64,000 bases of DNA from an uncultured Nitrososphaerota archaeon (GTDB lineage Archaea; Thermoproteota; Nitrososphaeria; Nitrososphaerales; Gagatemarchaeaceae), in assembly GCA_963703285.1 (NCBI GenBank), contig OY969807.1:1600001-1664000 (forward strand). Direction: 5' to 3'. The notes beneath the pieces are model-generated. The model was not told the origin of the DNA, ran no database searches, and worked only from the letters and a program-made list of their open reading frames with translations. Position numbers and translations under genes: made by a program. Position 1 is the stretch's first letter; each line of letters begins with the position of its first letter. This document shows positions 1 through 11,588 of this stretch, piece after piece.

Positions 1-285
1 CCTGACCCGCTTCGTCGTTGGGCCGAAGAGGCCTGCCAGGCTGGGAGGTACCACGAAACACCACTCGGTCCCGATCTCGCGGAAGAAGCCCTGGACACGC
101 CGCAGCACATTGGATTCGACCCCTTCTCCGCCTCCTAGAAAGGCCAGATTGAAGCCAGATGACCTGGAGGGGTGGCGGACGCAGGTGACGCCGGGGAAAC
201 CCTCCACCCTCTCGCCGCACGCCCTCGAGTAGATGGCGAACGCGTCCCTGAGGTTCGCGGCGATGGCTGAATCCGGAGCTGTCAT
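1..285 (-). CDS. Probable GNAT-family acetyltransferase, N-terminal part (runs off window edge)
   Basis: Manual translation from ATG at 285: MTAPDSAIAANLRDAFAIYSRACG...SGFNLAFL...VQGFFREIGTEWCFVVP, resembling the N-terminal half of two-domain GNATs; not in ORF track. Confidence 0.45.
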   Translation of the reverse strand, partial: MTAPDSAIAANLRDAFAIYSRACGERVEGFPGVTCVRHPSRSSGFNLAFLGGGEGVESNVLRRVQGFFREIGTEWCFVVPPSLAGLFGPTTKRVR

Positions 286-304
286 GTCGCACGTTCCCCC
301 GGTT

Positions 305-865
305 TCAAAGCGCGTAGGCATCCCTGTTCAGCCAGGGGATGAGCGCCATGCTGACGCACTGCTCGGTCATCTGGATTCTGGACACCCTGCCCTTGGAGAC
401 GTGGTAGACGATGCCCTCCTCCTCGCTTATCCTCTCGGCGCCCGTCAGCTCGTGAGAGTACCTGTCGAGTTCCAGTCCCTCCTTCTGCATCCTCTCGACG
501 AACCTCTCGGGGATGAGGAAACCGCATGAGAAGCCCGTCCCGGAGCGGCCCTCGTTGTCCACTATGACCGCGGCCTGCACGTTGATGTGCTGGTGGGGAG
601 CGATGGAGATTATCCCGGCCTCCGCGCCCACGCCGAATGAGGCCGCCGTGTGGGAGAGGGCGAATTCGGCTCTCTTCGAGGCTCCGGCGAGTATCTGTTC
701 GATGCCGACGGGCTGGGACGCGACGACGGACGACGTGTCGACCTCGACGAACCTGCACCCCTGGAAGAAGAAAGGGAAGACGTTCCTCACGCCCCTGGTC
801 TTCGCCGGGTTGAGGGAGCCTATGGCGACGAGCGGGTACTCGGGCGGAGGGGGGCTTCCTGGCAC
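305..865 (-). CDS. yjjX: Inosine/xanthosine triphosphatase (YjjX/DUF84 family)
   Basis: C-terminal part of ORF 305..1828: AIGSLNPAK, SSVVASQP, GASKRA, GVGAEAG, EEGIVYHVSKGRVSR; probable GTG start at 865. Confidence 0.85.
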   Translation of the reverse strand: MPGSPPPPEYPLVAIGSLNPAKTRGVRNVFPFFFQGCRFVEVDTSSVVASQPVGIEQILAGASKRAEFALSHTAASFGVGAEAGIISIAPHQHINVQAAVIVDNEGRSGTGFSCGFLIPERFVERMQKEGLELDRYSHELTGAERISEEEGIVYHVSKGRVSRIQMTEQCVSMALIPWLNRDAYAL

Positions 866-906
866 GGGCAGGGTTGCGGCCGGCGTTTTATAGCTCTGAG
901 TGCTCC

Positions 907-3820
<2,914 letters not shown>

Positions 3821-3897
3821 AAACAGTCGAAGTTCGACTCGTCAAGTGGCGTAATAAGAATATGGTATATAGAGTAGTGGACAATAAGCACCACGAT

Positions 3898-4929
3898 ATG
3901 AGCGAACTAAGGAAGCTTCAGAGCGTCGGATACTCAACGCTTTCCGTCTCGATCCCGGCCGACTACGTGGATGATCTCAAGCTTCGTAAGGGTGATAGCG
4001 TTCTGGTCAGAGAGGAGGCAGACGGGTCGCTCAGGCTCATCCCCACGGCGAGGAACCTCAAGTCGGTGAAGGCCTCGATCAAGTCGGAACAGGTCGAGAA
4101 CGACGAACTGCTCTCCAAGCTGATTATCAGCTGCTACATGCTAGGCTACGACTCGATAGAGCTCTCCTCAAAGGACCGAATCGGGGCGACGCGACTGGGC
4201 CGCGCCAGCAGGACCATGAGGGACCTGCGGGGGCTTGAGATAGTGGAATCCTCCGAGAACAAGCTGCTGGCCCAGAGCTTCATGGACCCGACGAAGTTTC
4301 CGGTCGACTCGCTCATCAAACGACTCCAGCTGCTGGTCTCAAGAAGCCTCAAGGACTCGATCGACGCACTGCGGGGCGGAAGTCCTGGAATCCTCAACGA
4401 GATGAGAAGAATCCAGCAGGAGATAGACGAGCTCTATTGGCTCATAGTTCGACAGCTCCTCGTTGCGCTCAGCAACAGGGACATTTCGAACAAGATAGGG
4501 CTGGAGAGTCCCCTCCACACCTCAGGAGACAGGGTCTCCGCGAAGACGATAGAGGAGATAGGAAGGATAATTCTCGAAGTGACCGAGGAGATTATCGCCT
4601 TCAAGGAGACGGGCACGAAGGTCGAGAAGAGCGTCCTCGACAGCATCGAGAGCCTCGCCCACAAGGCCCAGGACTCGTTCGACGTCACGATGGAGAGCCT
4701 CCTCACGCCCGACGCCAAGACCATCGAGAAGGCCATGAGGACAATCGACGAATCGCTTCAGCTCGAGAAGAAGGTCATGCTCGAGCTCTTCGAGTTCGGG
4801 AATCCTAGCATCAGGAGGATAATCTCGGGTTTTGGACAGCTCGCGCGCTATTGCAGCATAATCGTCGAGATAGCGCTCAACAGGCTCCTCAGGAAGACGA
4901 GCCGAATCTGTGTGATAACGAGTCAGTGA
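3898..4929 (+). CDS. Phosphate uptake regulator (AbrB N-domain plus PhoU domains)
   Basis: N-terminal RKLQSVGYSTLSVSIP AbrB-like motif, IISCYMLGYDSI, PhoU-like helical repeats; ATG at 3898 preferred over 3862. Confidence 0.85.
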   Translation: MSELRKLQSVGYSTLSVSIPADYVDDLKLRKGDSVLVREEADGSLRLIPTARNLKSVKASIKSEQVENDELLSKLIISCYMLGYDSIELSSKDRIGATRLGRASRTMRDLRGLEIVESSENKLLAQSFMDPTKFPVDSLIKRLQLLVSRSLKDSIDALRGGSPGILNEMRRIQQEIDELYWLIVRQLLVALSNRDISNKIGLESPLHTSGDRVSAKTIEEIGRIILEVTEEIIAFKETGTKVEKSVLDSIESLAHKAQDSFDVTMESLLTPDAKTIEKAMRTIDESLQLEKKVMLELFEFGNPSIRRIISGFGQLARYCSIIVEIALNRLLRKTSRICVITSQ

Positions 4930-4999
4930 TGGCGCCTGCTGGTGATTGGGCGGATTCAGAAACCCTTTTGAAAGCTGCGCGAATGGTCGGGACAAGAGC

Positions 5000-5121
5000 G
5001 CCGGGGTAACGAAGCCTGGCCAACCGTGCGGGACCGCGGTCACCCGACTCAAGATCTGGCCACGCCGCCGTGGGACATCCCGTCCCTTAGGGGTTCGTGG
5101 GTTCAAATCCCACCCCCGGCA
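5000..5121 (+). tRNA. tRNA-Leu(CAA) with two introns (32/33, 14 nt; 37/38, 23 nt)
   Basis: Acceptor GCCGGGG/CCCCGGC-A, anticodon stem CGGGA/TCCCG, loop CTCAAGA at 5048-5054, long variable arm, GTTCAAAT; both inserts fit BHB geometry; mature length 85 nt. Confidence 0.9.
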
Positions 5122-5204
5122 CTCAACGTACGCCCATCGTAAGCGAAGGCACACCCTGGGAGCGTACAATCATTATAAGAGATGCAAGCATCGCTTGCGC
5201 GGCC

Positions 5205-6107
5205 TTGCCGAGAAGTCGTAGGAGAACGAAGACCAGCGCCTTCGGCTCCCCTGGAAGGATAAGCCACGAGTCGGCGGCCTTCTACGGCGGCAGGCTATAC
5301 GAAGGCGTGCAGAAGGAAGAATCCGTGAAGTACACGGAGAGACAAATCCCGAAGAAGTTCCTAGACAGAATCATCTGCAGGTCGAGCGAGAAGATGGAGG
5401 AGCTCCCAGACAGCAGCGTCCACTTGATGGTCACCTCGCCGCCCTACAACGTCGGGAAGGAATACGACAGGAACCTCACGATGCCCGAATATCTCGAGTT
5501 CCTCCAGAGAGTGTGGGCGGAGACGTTGAGGGTCCTGGTCCCCGGAGGGAGGTGCTGCATCAACATCGCCAACCTCGGACGCAGGCCGTACATCCCGCTC
5601 CATTCGTTCATAATCAGGGATATGACGAAGCTCGGGTTCCTCATGCGGGGCGAGGTGATATGGGCCAAGGACTCGAGCAGCAGCCCGTCGACCGCCTGGG
5701 GTAGCTGGTTGTCAGCCACCAATCCCACGTTGAGGGACACCCACGAGTACGTCCTGGTCTTCTCGAAATCGACGTTCGCGAGGGATGCGAGGGGAAAGAG
5801 GAGCACGATCACGCGCGACGAGTTCCTGGAGTTCACCAAGAGCGTCTGGAGGTTCGACGCCGAGCGCGCTAAAGGAGTCGGGCATCCTGCTCCCTTCCCG
5901 GTTGAGTTGCCGTACCGCTGCATCCAATTGTATACGTTCGAGGGCGATGTCGTCCTCGACCCGTTCATCGGGTCGGGCCAGACCGCAATCGCCGCCATCA
6001 AGTCCCGGCGGCACTTCGTAGGGTACGAGCTGGACCAAGACTACACCCGTCTCAGCGAGCAGAGGATCGCCCAGTTCACGGGGCGCGCGCTGGTCGGCGG
6101 AGACTAG
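5205..6107 (+). CDS. Orphan beta-class N4-cytosine/N6-adenine DNA methyltransferase
   Basis: TSPPY motif IV precedes DPFIGSG motif I; HPAPFP; probable TTG start at 5205, since the track start lies inside the tRNA. Confidence 0.9.
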   Translation: MPRSRRRTKTSAFGSPGRISHESAAFYGGRLYEGVQKEESVKYTERQIPKKFLDRIICRSSEKMEELPDSSVHLMVTSPPYNVGKEYDRNLTMPEYLEFLQRVWAETLRVLVPGGRCCINIANLGRRPYIPLHSFIIRDMTKLGFLMRGEVIWAKDSSSSPSTAWGSWLSATNPTLRDTHEYVLVFSKSTFARDARGKRSTITRDEFLEFTKSVWRFDAERAKGVGHPAPFPVELPYRCIQLYTFEGDVVLDPFIGSGQTAIAAIKSRRHFVGYELDQDYTRLSEQRIAQFTGRALVGGD

Positions 6108-6418
6108 TACTCTGACGCCACGAGCGGCTTGGCGATGACTTCGCTCAGAAACTTCTCGAGGTCTAGGACCGTCCCGAAATCCTTGGCAAGGAGCCGCTTG
6201 TCCGGGAGGTTCTCCTTGCCAGCGCGCTTCATGCTGCAGAGGATGGACGTGAAACCCTGCGCTGACCTTGTGACGAAGACGAAGCATTTCTTCCCCTTGT
6301 ACTTCCCGATGATTCGTACACCCGCGTCGAGGTCTATGATGTCCAGCTCGCGGATGAGCCCCGGGAACGAGCCAATCTTCTTCTCGTAGAGCAACGAGCC
6401 TACCACCGATTGACTCAC
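6104..6418 (-). CDS. Hypothetical protein
   Basis: 104-aa ORF with ATG filling the gap between the MTase and cysS. Confidence 0.65.
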   Translation of the reverse strand: MSQSVVGSLLYEKKIGSFPGLIRELDIIDLDAGVRIIGKYKGKKCFVFVTRSAQGFTSILCSMKRAGKENLPDKRLLAKDFGTVLDLEKFLSEVIAKPLVASEY

Positions 6419-6459
6419 ATTTATACTTCAAAAAGCTAAGATAGAGTAAGGAAACTCCC

Positions 6460-7692
6460 GTGGCGAGCAGCTTCAAGATGCAACCCGACCTCAAGTTATA
6501 CAACACGATGACCATGCAGAAGGAATCCTTCCAGCCCAGGGTGCCGGGGAAGGTCTCGATGTTCGTGTGCGGGCCGACGGTACAGGCGGATATCCACGTC
6601 GGGCACGCCAGGACCTACACGTTCTACGACGTCGTCGCCAGATATCTTTCGCATCTGGGATTCGAGGTCAACTTCCTGATGAACGTCACCGACATCGACG
6701 ACAGGATTACCAGCGCGGCCAAACAGGAAGGCATGGACCCGGTGAGGTTGGCAGAGAAGTACACCAAAGCATTCCTCGAAGACACGGACAGCCTCAAAAT
6801 CTACACCGTCACAAAGTATGAGAGGGTCTCGAACTACGTGCAGGAGACCCTCAACCAGATATCCGCCCTGATAAGAGATGGCAACGCGTACGTCGTCGAC
6901 GGGACCGTGTTCTTCAACGCGAAGGCCTTCCCGGACTATGGAAGGCTCTCGCACGTGACCACCAACGAGCTCTCGCTGAGGCCGCTGGAACTCTCGGTCA
7001 AGAAGAAGAACCTGCTCGACTTCGCCCTGTGGCGTCCCGTTGTCCTGGTAGAAGGCAGGTGGGACAGCCCCTGGGGGAGGGGGTCGCCCGGTTGGCACAT
7101 ACAGGACACCGCGGTGACACTCACGAACTTCGGGCCCCAGTACGACATCCACGGAGGGGCGCGCGATCTGATCTATCCGCACCATGAGGCGGAGATAGCA
7201 CAGGGAGAGTCCCTCACGAAGATCAAGCCTATGGTCAAGTACTGGGTGCACACCGGGCTCGTGAACTTCGAGGGAAGCAAGATGTCGAAGTCGGTTGGCA
7301 ACGTCCTGACCGTCCGTGACATCCTCAAGGAGTATGGGCCCGACACGCTTAGGATGTACCTGCTCTCTCACCACTACAGGGAAGACATGGAATTCGAGGA
7401 GAAGGAGCTGAAGAAGGCTCACGCAATCTACCTGTCGATGAGGGACAAGTCGAGGATTATGGAGGAGAGGAGGGCGACCAAAGCCCGCAGGCGCGATTCA
7501 GGGAAGGTCCTGGGCCAGTTCTACGCCCTGCTCAACGACGACTTCGACACTCCCCAGGCGATGGCGTTCATGAAGAAGCTTGTCGAGGACGGAGCCTCAG
7601 AGAAGGACCAGAACCAGGTCGAGCTGTACTACGAGGCCCTGAGGATCACCTCGAACATCCTCGGCGTGAACTTCTTTGGCAGGCTCCAGTGA
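6460..7692 (+). CDS. cysS: Cysteine--tRNA ligase
   Basis: CGPT, HVGH, TDIDD, PGWHI, HHEAE, KMSKS. Confidence 0.95.
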   Translation: MASSFKMQPDLKLYNTMTMQKESFQPRVPGKVSMFVCGPTVQADIHVGHARTYTFYDVVARYLSHLGFEVNFLMNVTDIDDRITSAAKQEGMDPVRLAEKYTKAFLEDTDSLKIYTVTKYERVSNYVQETLNQISALIRDGNAYVVDGTVFFNAKAFPDYGRLSHVTTNELSLRPLELSVKKKNLLDFALWRPVVLVEGRWDSPWGRGSPGWHIQDTAVTLTNFGPQYDIHGGARDLIYPHHEAEIAQGESLTKIKPMVKYWVHTGLVNFEGSKMSKSVGNVLTVRDILKEYGPDTLRMYLLSHHYREDMEFEEKELKKAHAIYLSMRDKSRIMEERRATKARRRDSGKVLGQFYALLNDDFDTPQAMAFMKKLVEDGASEKDQNQVELYYEALRITSNILGVNFFGRLQ

Positions 7693-8449
7693 GAAATCGT
7701 ACGAAACAAACGAGGTGTCGTGGTGGTCCAACTGGGCCGAGGTAAGGTGGTTGGACGAGAACGCCTACCTGCTCTTCTCGCAGAAGTTTGGGGAGTATTT
7801 CTTCAACCGAGGAGGTTTCCTGCAGACAACCCCCGGGTCTAGGTCGTCAATAGAGCCGATGGAGAGGGAGTTCGCGGCCCGGAAGCGCAGGCCACACCTC
7901 TTCCTTCGGAGCGACCGCCTGGACTCGAAGCTGCTGCAGACGCTGGAAGACAGAAGCTACCGGATAGCCGACCAGATGGCCGTCATGGAGATGGGTGAGC
8001 CGTCATTCAGGGTCAACCCCAATCTGAAGGTGGCGCAGGTAACGGAGAGCGAGCTGGAAGCTTGGTCGGAAGTCTACCTGGACTCCTTCTATGGGAACCT
8101 GGGCCACATCCGGACGGTCGTTCCCATAGTCAGAGGCCTCGCGAAGGTGAAGGAGGCGAGCCTTCTCCTCGGAAAGATCGGGGGAAAGCCGGCGGGCGTT
8201 CTGGCGCTCTACAGGACGGGGAAGGTCTGTGGGGTATATTGTGTCGGGACCCATCGTGACTGGAGGAGGAGGAACGTAGCCAGCACCATGCTCGAGTCCT
8301 GCTACAGGCTGGCGGAGGGGGAGGGGAGGAGGGTAGTCTTGCAGACGAAACTCTCCGACTCCGTGGAAGGACTCTACCTGAAGCTCGGGTTCAAGAGGGC
8401 CTACCTCAAGGAACTATTCGTCAAAGACGTTGAGAGGGTGTCGAAGTGA
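7676..8449 (+). CDS. GNAT family N-acetyltransferase
   Basis: C-terminal VGTHRDWRRRNVA and LYLKLGF acetyl-CoA-binding motifs. Confidence 0.8.
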   Translation: MAGSSEKSYETNEVSWWSNWAEVRWLDENAYLLFSQKFGEYFFNRGGFLQTTPGSRSSIEPMEREFAARKRRPHLFLRSDRLDSKLLQTLEDRSYRIADQMAVMEMGEPSFRVNPNLKVAQVTESELEAWSEVYLDSFYGNLGHIRTVVPIVRGLAKVKEASLLLGKIGGKPAGVLALYRTGKVCGVYCVGTHRDWRRRNVASTMLESCYRLAEGEGRRVVLQTKLSDSVEGLYLKLGFKRAYLKELFVKDVERVSK

Positions 8450-8973
8450 CCAGAAAGCAAGGTGAGGGAAAGAGGTCTTCTGGCCACAGCATCAACAGGA
8501 TGGCGAAGACGGGCTCGTTATCCTTCGTGGAGGTCTTCCTGGGCTTCGAGACCGTCGAGGCGGTCAGGTCGATATTCAGTGACCGCACCGAGGAGATTCT
8601 GGCGGACCTCAGGGTCGACGTTCTCCCGCGGTCGGGATATCTCAGGGTCGATGATGAGACCGGCAACATCGTCGTCAGCTCCGAGTACCTCAAGACCGGT
8701 GATGAGAGATACCTGTACCTCGACGTCATTCACGAGCTCGTCCACATCAAGCAGTTCATGCAGGGCAAGGAGCTCTTCGACAGGAGATACAGCTATGTCG
8801 ACAGACCGACGGAGATAGAGGCGTATGGCGCGGCCGTAAGGGAGGCCAAGAGGATTGGGATGAAGAGGGAGGAGATCCTGGATTACCTGAAGGTGGAGTG
8901 GATCACAGATGAGGAATTCGAGAGGTTGCTGCTGTCGGTGGGGATGCAGACGGAGCCGAGACCGAATCCGTAG
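8446..8973 (+). CDS. Hypothetical zincin-like metalloprotein
   Basis: IHELVH (HExxH) followed by PTEIEAY; overlapping start/stop with upstream gene. Confidence 0.7.
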   Translation: MTRKQGEGKRSSGHSINRMAKTGSLSFVEVFLGFETVEAVRSIFSDRTEEILADLRVDVLPRSGYLRVDDETGNIVVSSEYLKTGDERYLYLDVIHELVHIKQFMQGKELFDRRYSYVDRPTEIEAYGAAVREAKRIGMKREEILDYLKVEWITDEEFERLLLSVGMQTEPRPNP

Positions 8974-9024
8974 CGGGTACGGCAGTCAACCTTATACCGA
9001 TGCCGTCGGGGAACCGCAGTTCTC

Positions 9025-9345
9025 ATGAGCAGGGTGAAGGTTATCGACGTGGTCTATGCCAACTGGTGTCCTCATTGCGTTCCGACCACCGTGGAACCGA
9101 TGAAGGCGGCCGGGCAGCATCTTGGCGTGCCCGTTAGGCTGCTGGACATAGACACGGCTGACGTCGCGAAGGCCGATGAGCTGGTCAAGAAGTACGGGGA
9201 TTGGTCGCCGGATTACATCATCCCGCAGGTCTTCTTGGAGCTGGATGATGGAGCGGTCAAGCACGTCTTGACGGGTCATCCAGGAGGGATAGCTCTCACC
9301 AGGAAGGATGCGGAGAACCTCCTGAAGAGCCTCTCGGGCAGCTAG
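9025..9345 (+). CDS. Thioredoxin/glutaredoxin-like protein
   Basis: WCPHC active site and IIPQV cis-Pro motif. Confidence 0.8.
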   Translation: MSRVKVIDVVYANWCPHCVPTTVEPMKAAGQHLGVPVRLLDIDTADVAKADELVKKYGDWSPDYIIPQVFLELDDGAVKHVLTGHPGGIALTRKDAENLLKSLSGS

Positions 9346-9418
9346 CCGAAGTCTCCGGGATGTCTCGGGGTCATCTTAATTATCCAAGCCGGGGAAAACT
9401 TGGACAAAGGAATCGGGG

Positions 9419-10789
9419 ATGCACATAGAGAACGCCTCCGAACTGGTCGAGAACGGCGAGAGGCCGGCCGAGAGGCTTGCAAGGCGGCTCGCCCTAGAGG
9501 CGACCGAAGCCGCCCTGGTGGCGGTGGAACCGGAGCGACTGGTCACATCCAAGGTCAAGATCGTGAGCGGTCAGCTCGCAGTCGGGGGAGAGAGGTTCGA
9601 CCTATCCAAGTTCAGGCGAGTCCTGGTCATGGGAGGCGGAAAAGCGGGCGGTCCGATGGCCCGGACTCTGGAGTCTCTGCTCGGAGACAGACTCACGGCC
9701 GGTCTAGTCAACGTGCCGGACTCGGAGTCCAGCGGCAAAAACCGCTCGGGTAGAATCAAGCTGCACCGGGCCACCCACCCGCTGCCCAGCAAGGCTGGTC
9801 TCGACGGAGTCGAGCGGATGCTCGAAATGGTGGGAACTCCCGCCAAGGACGACCTCGTAATCTGCCTGATATCCGGGGGAGGGTCGTCGCTCCTCCCGAT
9901 GCCCAGAGAGGGAATCTCGCTTGCCGACAAGATGGAGGTGACTCGGGACCTTCAGCTGGCCGGCGCCACTATACAGGAGCTCAACATAGTCAGGAAGCAC
10001 CTGTCCGGCCTCAAGGGAGGGTGGCTCGCGGAGAAGCTCCATCCTGCGGCCGTCCTGTCGCTGGTGATTTCGGATGTGGTCGGAGACCCGCTGGACTCGA
10101 TAGCCTCGGGTCCGCTCTACCCCGACCCATCCACGTTCGACGACGCGGTCCGTGTCCTGAAGAAGTACGGGTTGTGGGACGCGGCGCCCAGCGCCGTGGT
10201 GAACCTCCTGAAGAGGGGCGCCGGGGGCAAGCTTCCGGAGACACCGAAACCAGGTTCTGGAAGCTTCAAGAAGGTCACGAACGTGATAATAGGCAGCAAC
10301 GAGGACGCCAGCAACGCCGCCGTACGCTACCTCAGATCGAAAGGCCAGAGGCCGACCCTGCTGACGACCAGCCTGGAGGGGGAAGCGCGGTTCGCTGGTA
10401 TGTTCATGGGCTCGGTGCTCCTGTATGCGAACAGGCGGCCGAGGCCCTCGAGTTACGTGTTGGGAGGAGAGACGACCGTGACGGTCCGGGGCAAGGGCAG
10501 GGGTGGAAGGAACCAAGAGTTCGCTCTCGGTGCGGCCATGAAAATGGATGGAAATCACGGGGTTGCGCTGGTCGCTCTCGGTACCGATGGTCTGGACGGC
10601 TCGACCGAGGCAGCCGGGGCGGTGATAGACGGCCACACGATCAGCAGGGGGACAGCCCTCGGCCTCTCCTCCGATGATATCCTGCTCGAAAACGACAGCT
10701 TCAGGTTCTTCGGAGCGCTCGGCGACCTCGTAATGACCGGACCTACCGGGACCAACGTCAACGATATCGCCGTCGCGTCGGTTGCCTAG
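9419..10789 (+). CDS. Glycerate 2-kinase (MOFRL family)
   Basis: GGGKA, HPLP, LISGGGSSL, ISDVVGD, GGETTV, GGRNQE, GTDGLDG, TGTNVND. Confidence 0.93.
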   Translation: MHIENASELVENGERPAERLARRLALEATEAALVAVEPERLVTSKVKIVSGQLAVGGERFDLSKFRRVLVMGGGKAGGPMARTLESLLGDRLTAGLVNVPDSESSGKNRSGRIKLHRATHPLPSKAGLDGVERMLEMVGTPAKDDLVICLISGGGSSLLPMPREGISLADKMEVTRDLQLAGATIQELNIVRKHLSGLKGGWLAEKLHPAAVLSLVISDVVGDPLDSIASGPLYPDPSTFDDAVRVLKKYGLWDAAPSAVVNLLKRGAGGKLPETPKPGSGSFKKVTNVIIGSNEDASNAAVRYLRSKGQRPTLLTTSLEGEARFAGMFMGSVLLYANRRPRPSSYVLGGETTVTVRGKGRGGRNQEFALGAAMKMDGNHGVALVALGTDGLDGSTEAAGAVIDGHTISRGTALGLSSDDILLENDSFRFFGALGDLVMTGPTGTNVNDIAVASVA

Positions 10790-11448
10790 TACACGGTCGT
10801 GCCTACCGGGTCCCCGTTGATAGCGGAGAGCACGTTCTCCGGGTTGCCGCCGTTAACCACCACGAGCTTGATCCTGTGCTTCACTATCCTCTCGACCGCC
10901 ACTGGGTCGACTATGCTGTGGATTCCCGGAGTGTACTTGACGCCGAGAATCGCCTCCAGCATCGGATAGGAGACTCTGGGGAGCAGCTGGGCTCTCTTGT
11001 GCACACGGGGGTCTGCTGTGTAGATTCCCTCTTGGTTTGATGCCTTGATCATCATGTCCGACCGCCACGCCTCGGCGACAAGCGTGGCCACCGTATCGGT
11101 TGTGATTCCCGGCCTCAAGCCTCCCATCGCGACGACGCCATCCTTGGTCACCTTTGAGACGGCTGTCTCTATCGCGACGGGCACGTCGGGAACACCGAGC
11201 TTCATCCCGACGAGCTTCGCGTTCAACCTCGATGCCTGTATGGCGACCAGATCCTGTTCCTGGGTGCCGAGCCCCGATTGCTTCGCGGCCTCGATGTACT
11301 GCCTGGCGACGGATCCTCCTCCGACGATGATGACGACCTTGTGTCTCTCCTTCAGGACCCTTTCGACTACAGCAGCGTAGCTCGAGATAACCCCACCGTC
11401 CGGCGGCGAACCCAGTATCGAGCCGCCAATCCTCAGGACTATTTTCAA
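10786..11448 (-). CDS. pyrH: UMP kinase
   Basis: IVLRIGGS, VGGG..AR.YI, PGITTD, GIYTADP, GT near the C-terminus. Confidence 0.93.
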   Translation of the reverse strand: MKIVLRIGGSILGSPPDGGVISSYAAVVERVLKERHKVVIIVGGGSVARQYIEAAKQSGLGTQEQDLVAIQASRLNAKLVGMKLGVPDVPVAIETAVSKVTKDGVVAMGGLRPGITTDTVATLVAEAWRSDMMIKASNQEGIYTADPRVHKRAQLLPRVSYPMLEAILGVKYTPGIHSIVDPVAVERIVKHRIKLVVVNGGNPENVLSAINGDPVGTTVY

Positions 11449-11588
11449 TCCGGCGTCACGAGCGAGGCCTTCGGTTATTTAGTGATATGTTTTATAAAGC
11501 ACCGGCAAGCGGAACTCGTCGTCCGTGTTAGGCGCCTGCTTCGTCCTGGATGCTCGTTCTCTGAGCTGACTTAGGGGTAATCATATTC

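Noticed and set aside
7081-7115. CysRS GWHIQD instead of GWHIEC
   Set aside because: An Asp at this position is a known variant in some CysRS; not evidence of altered function
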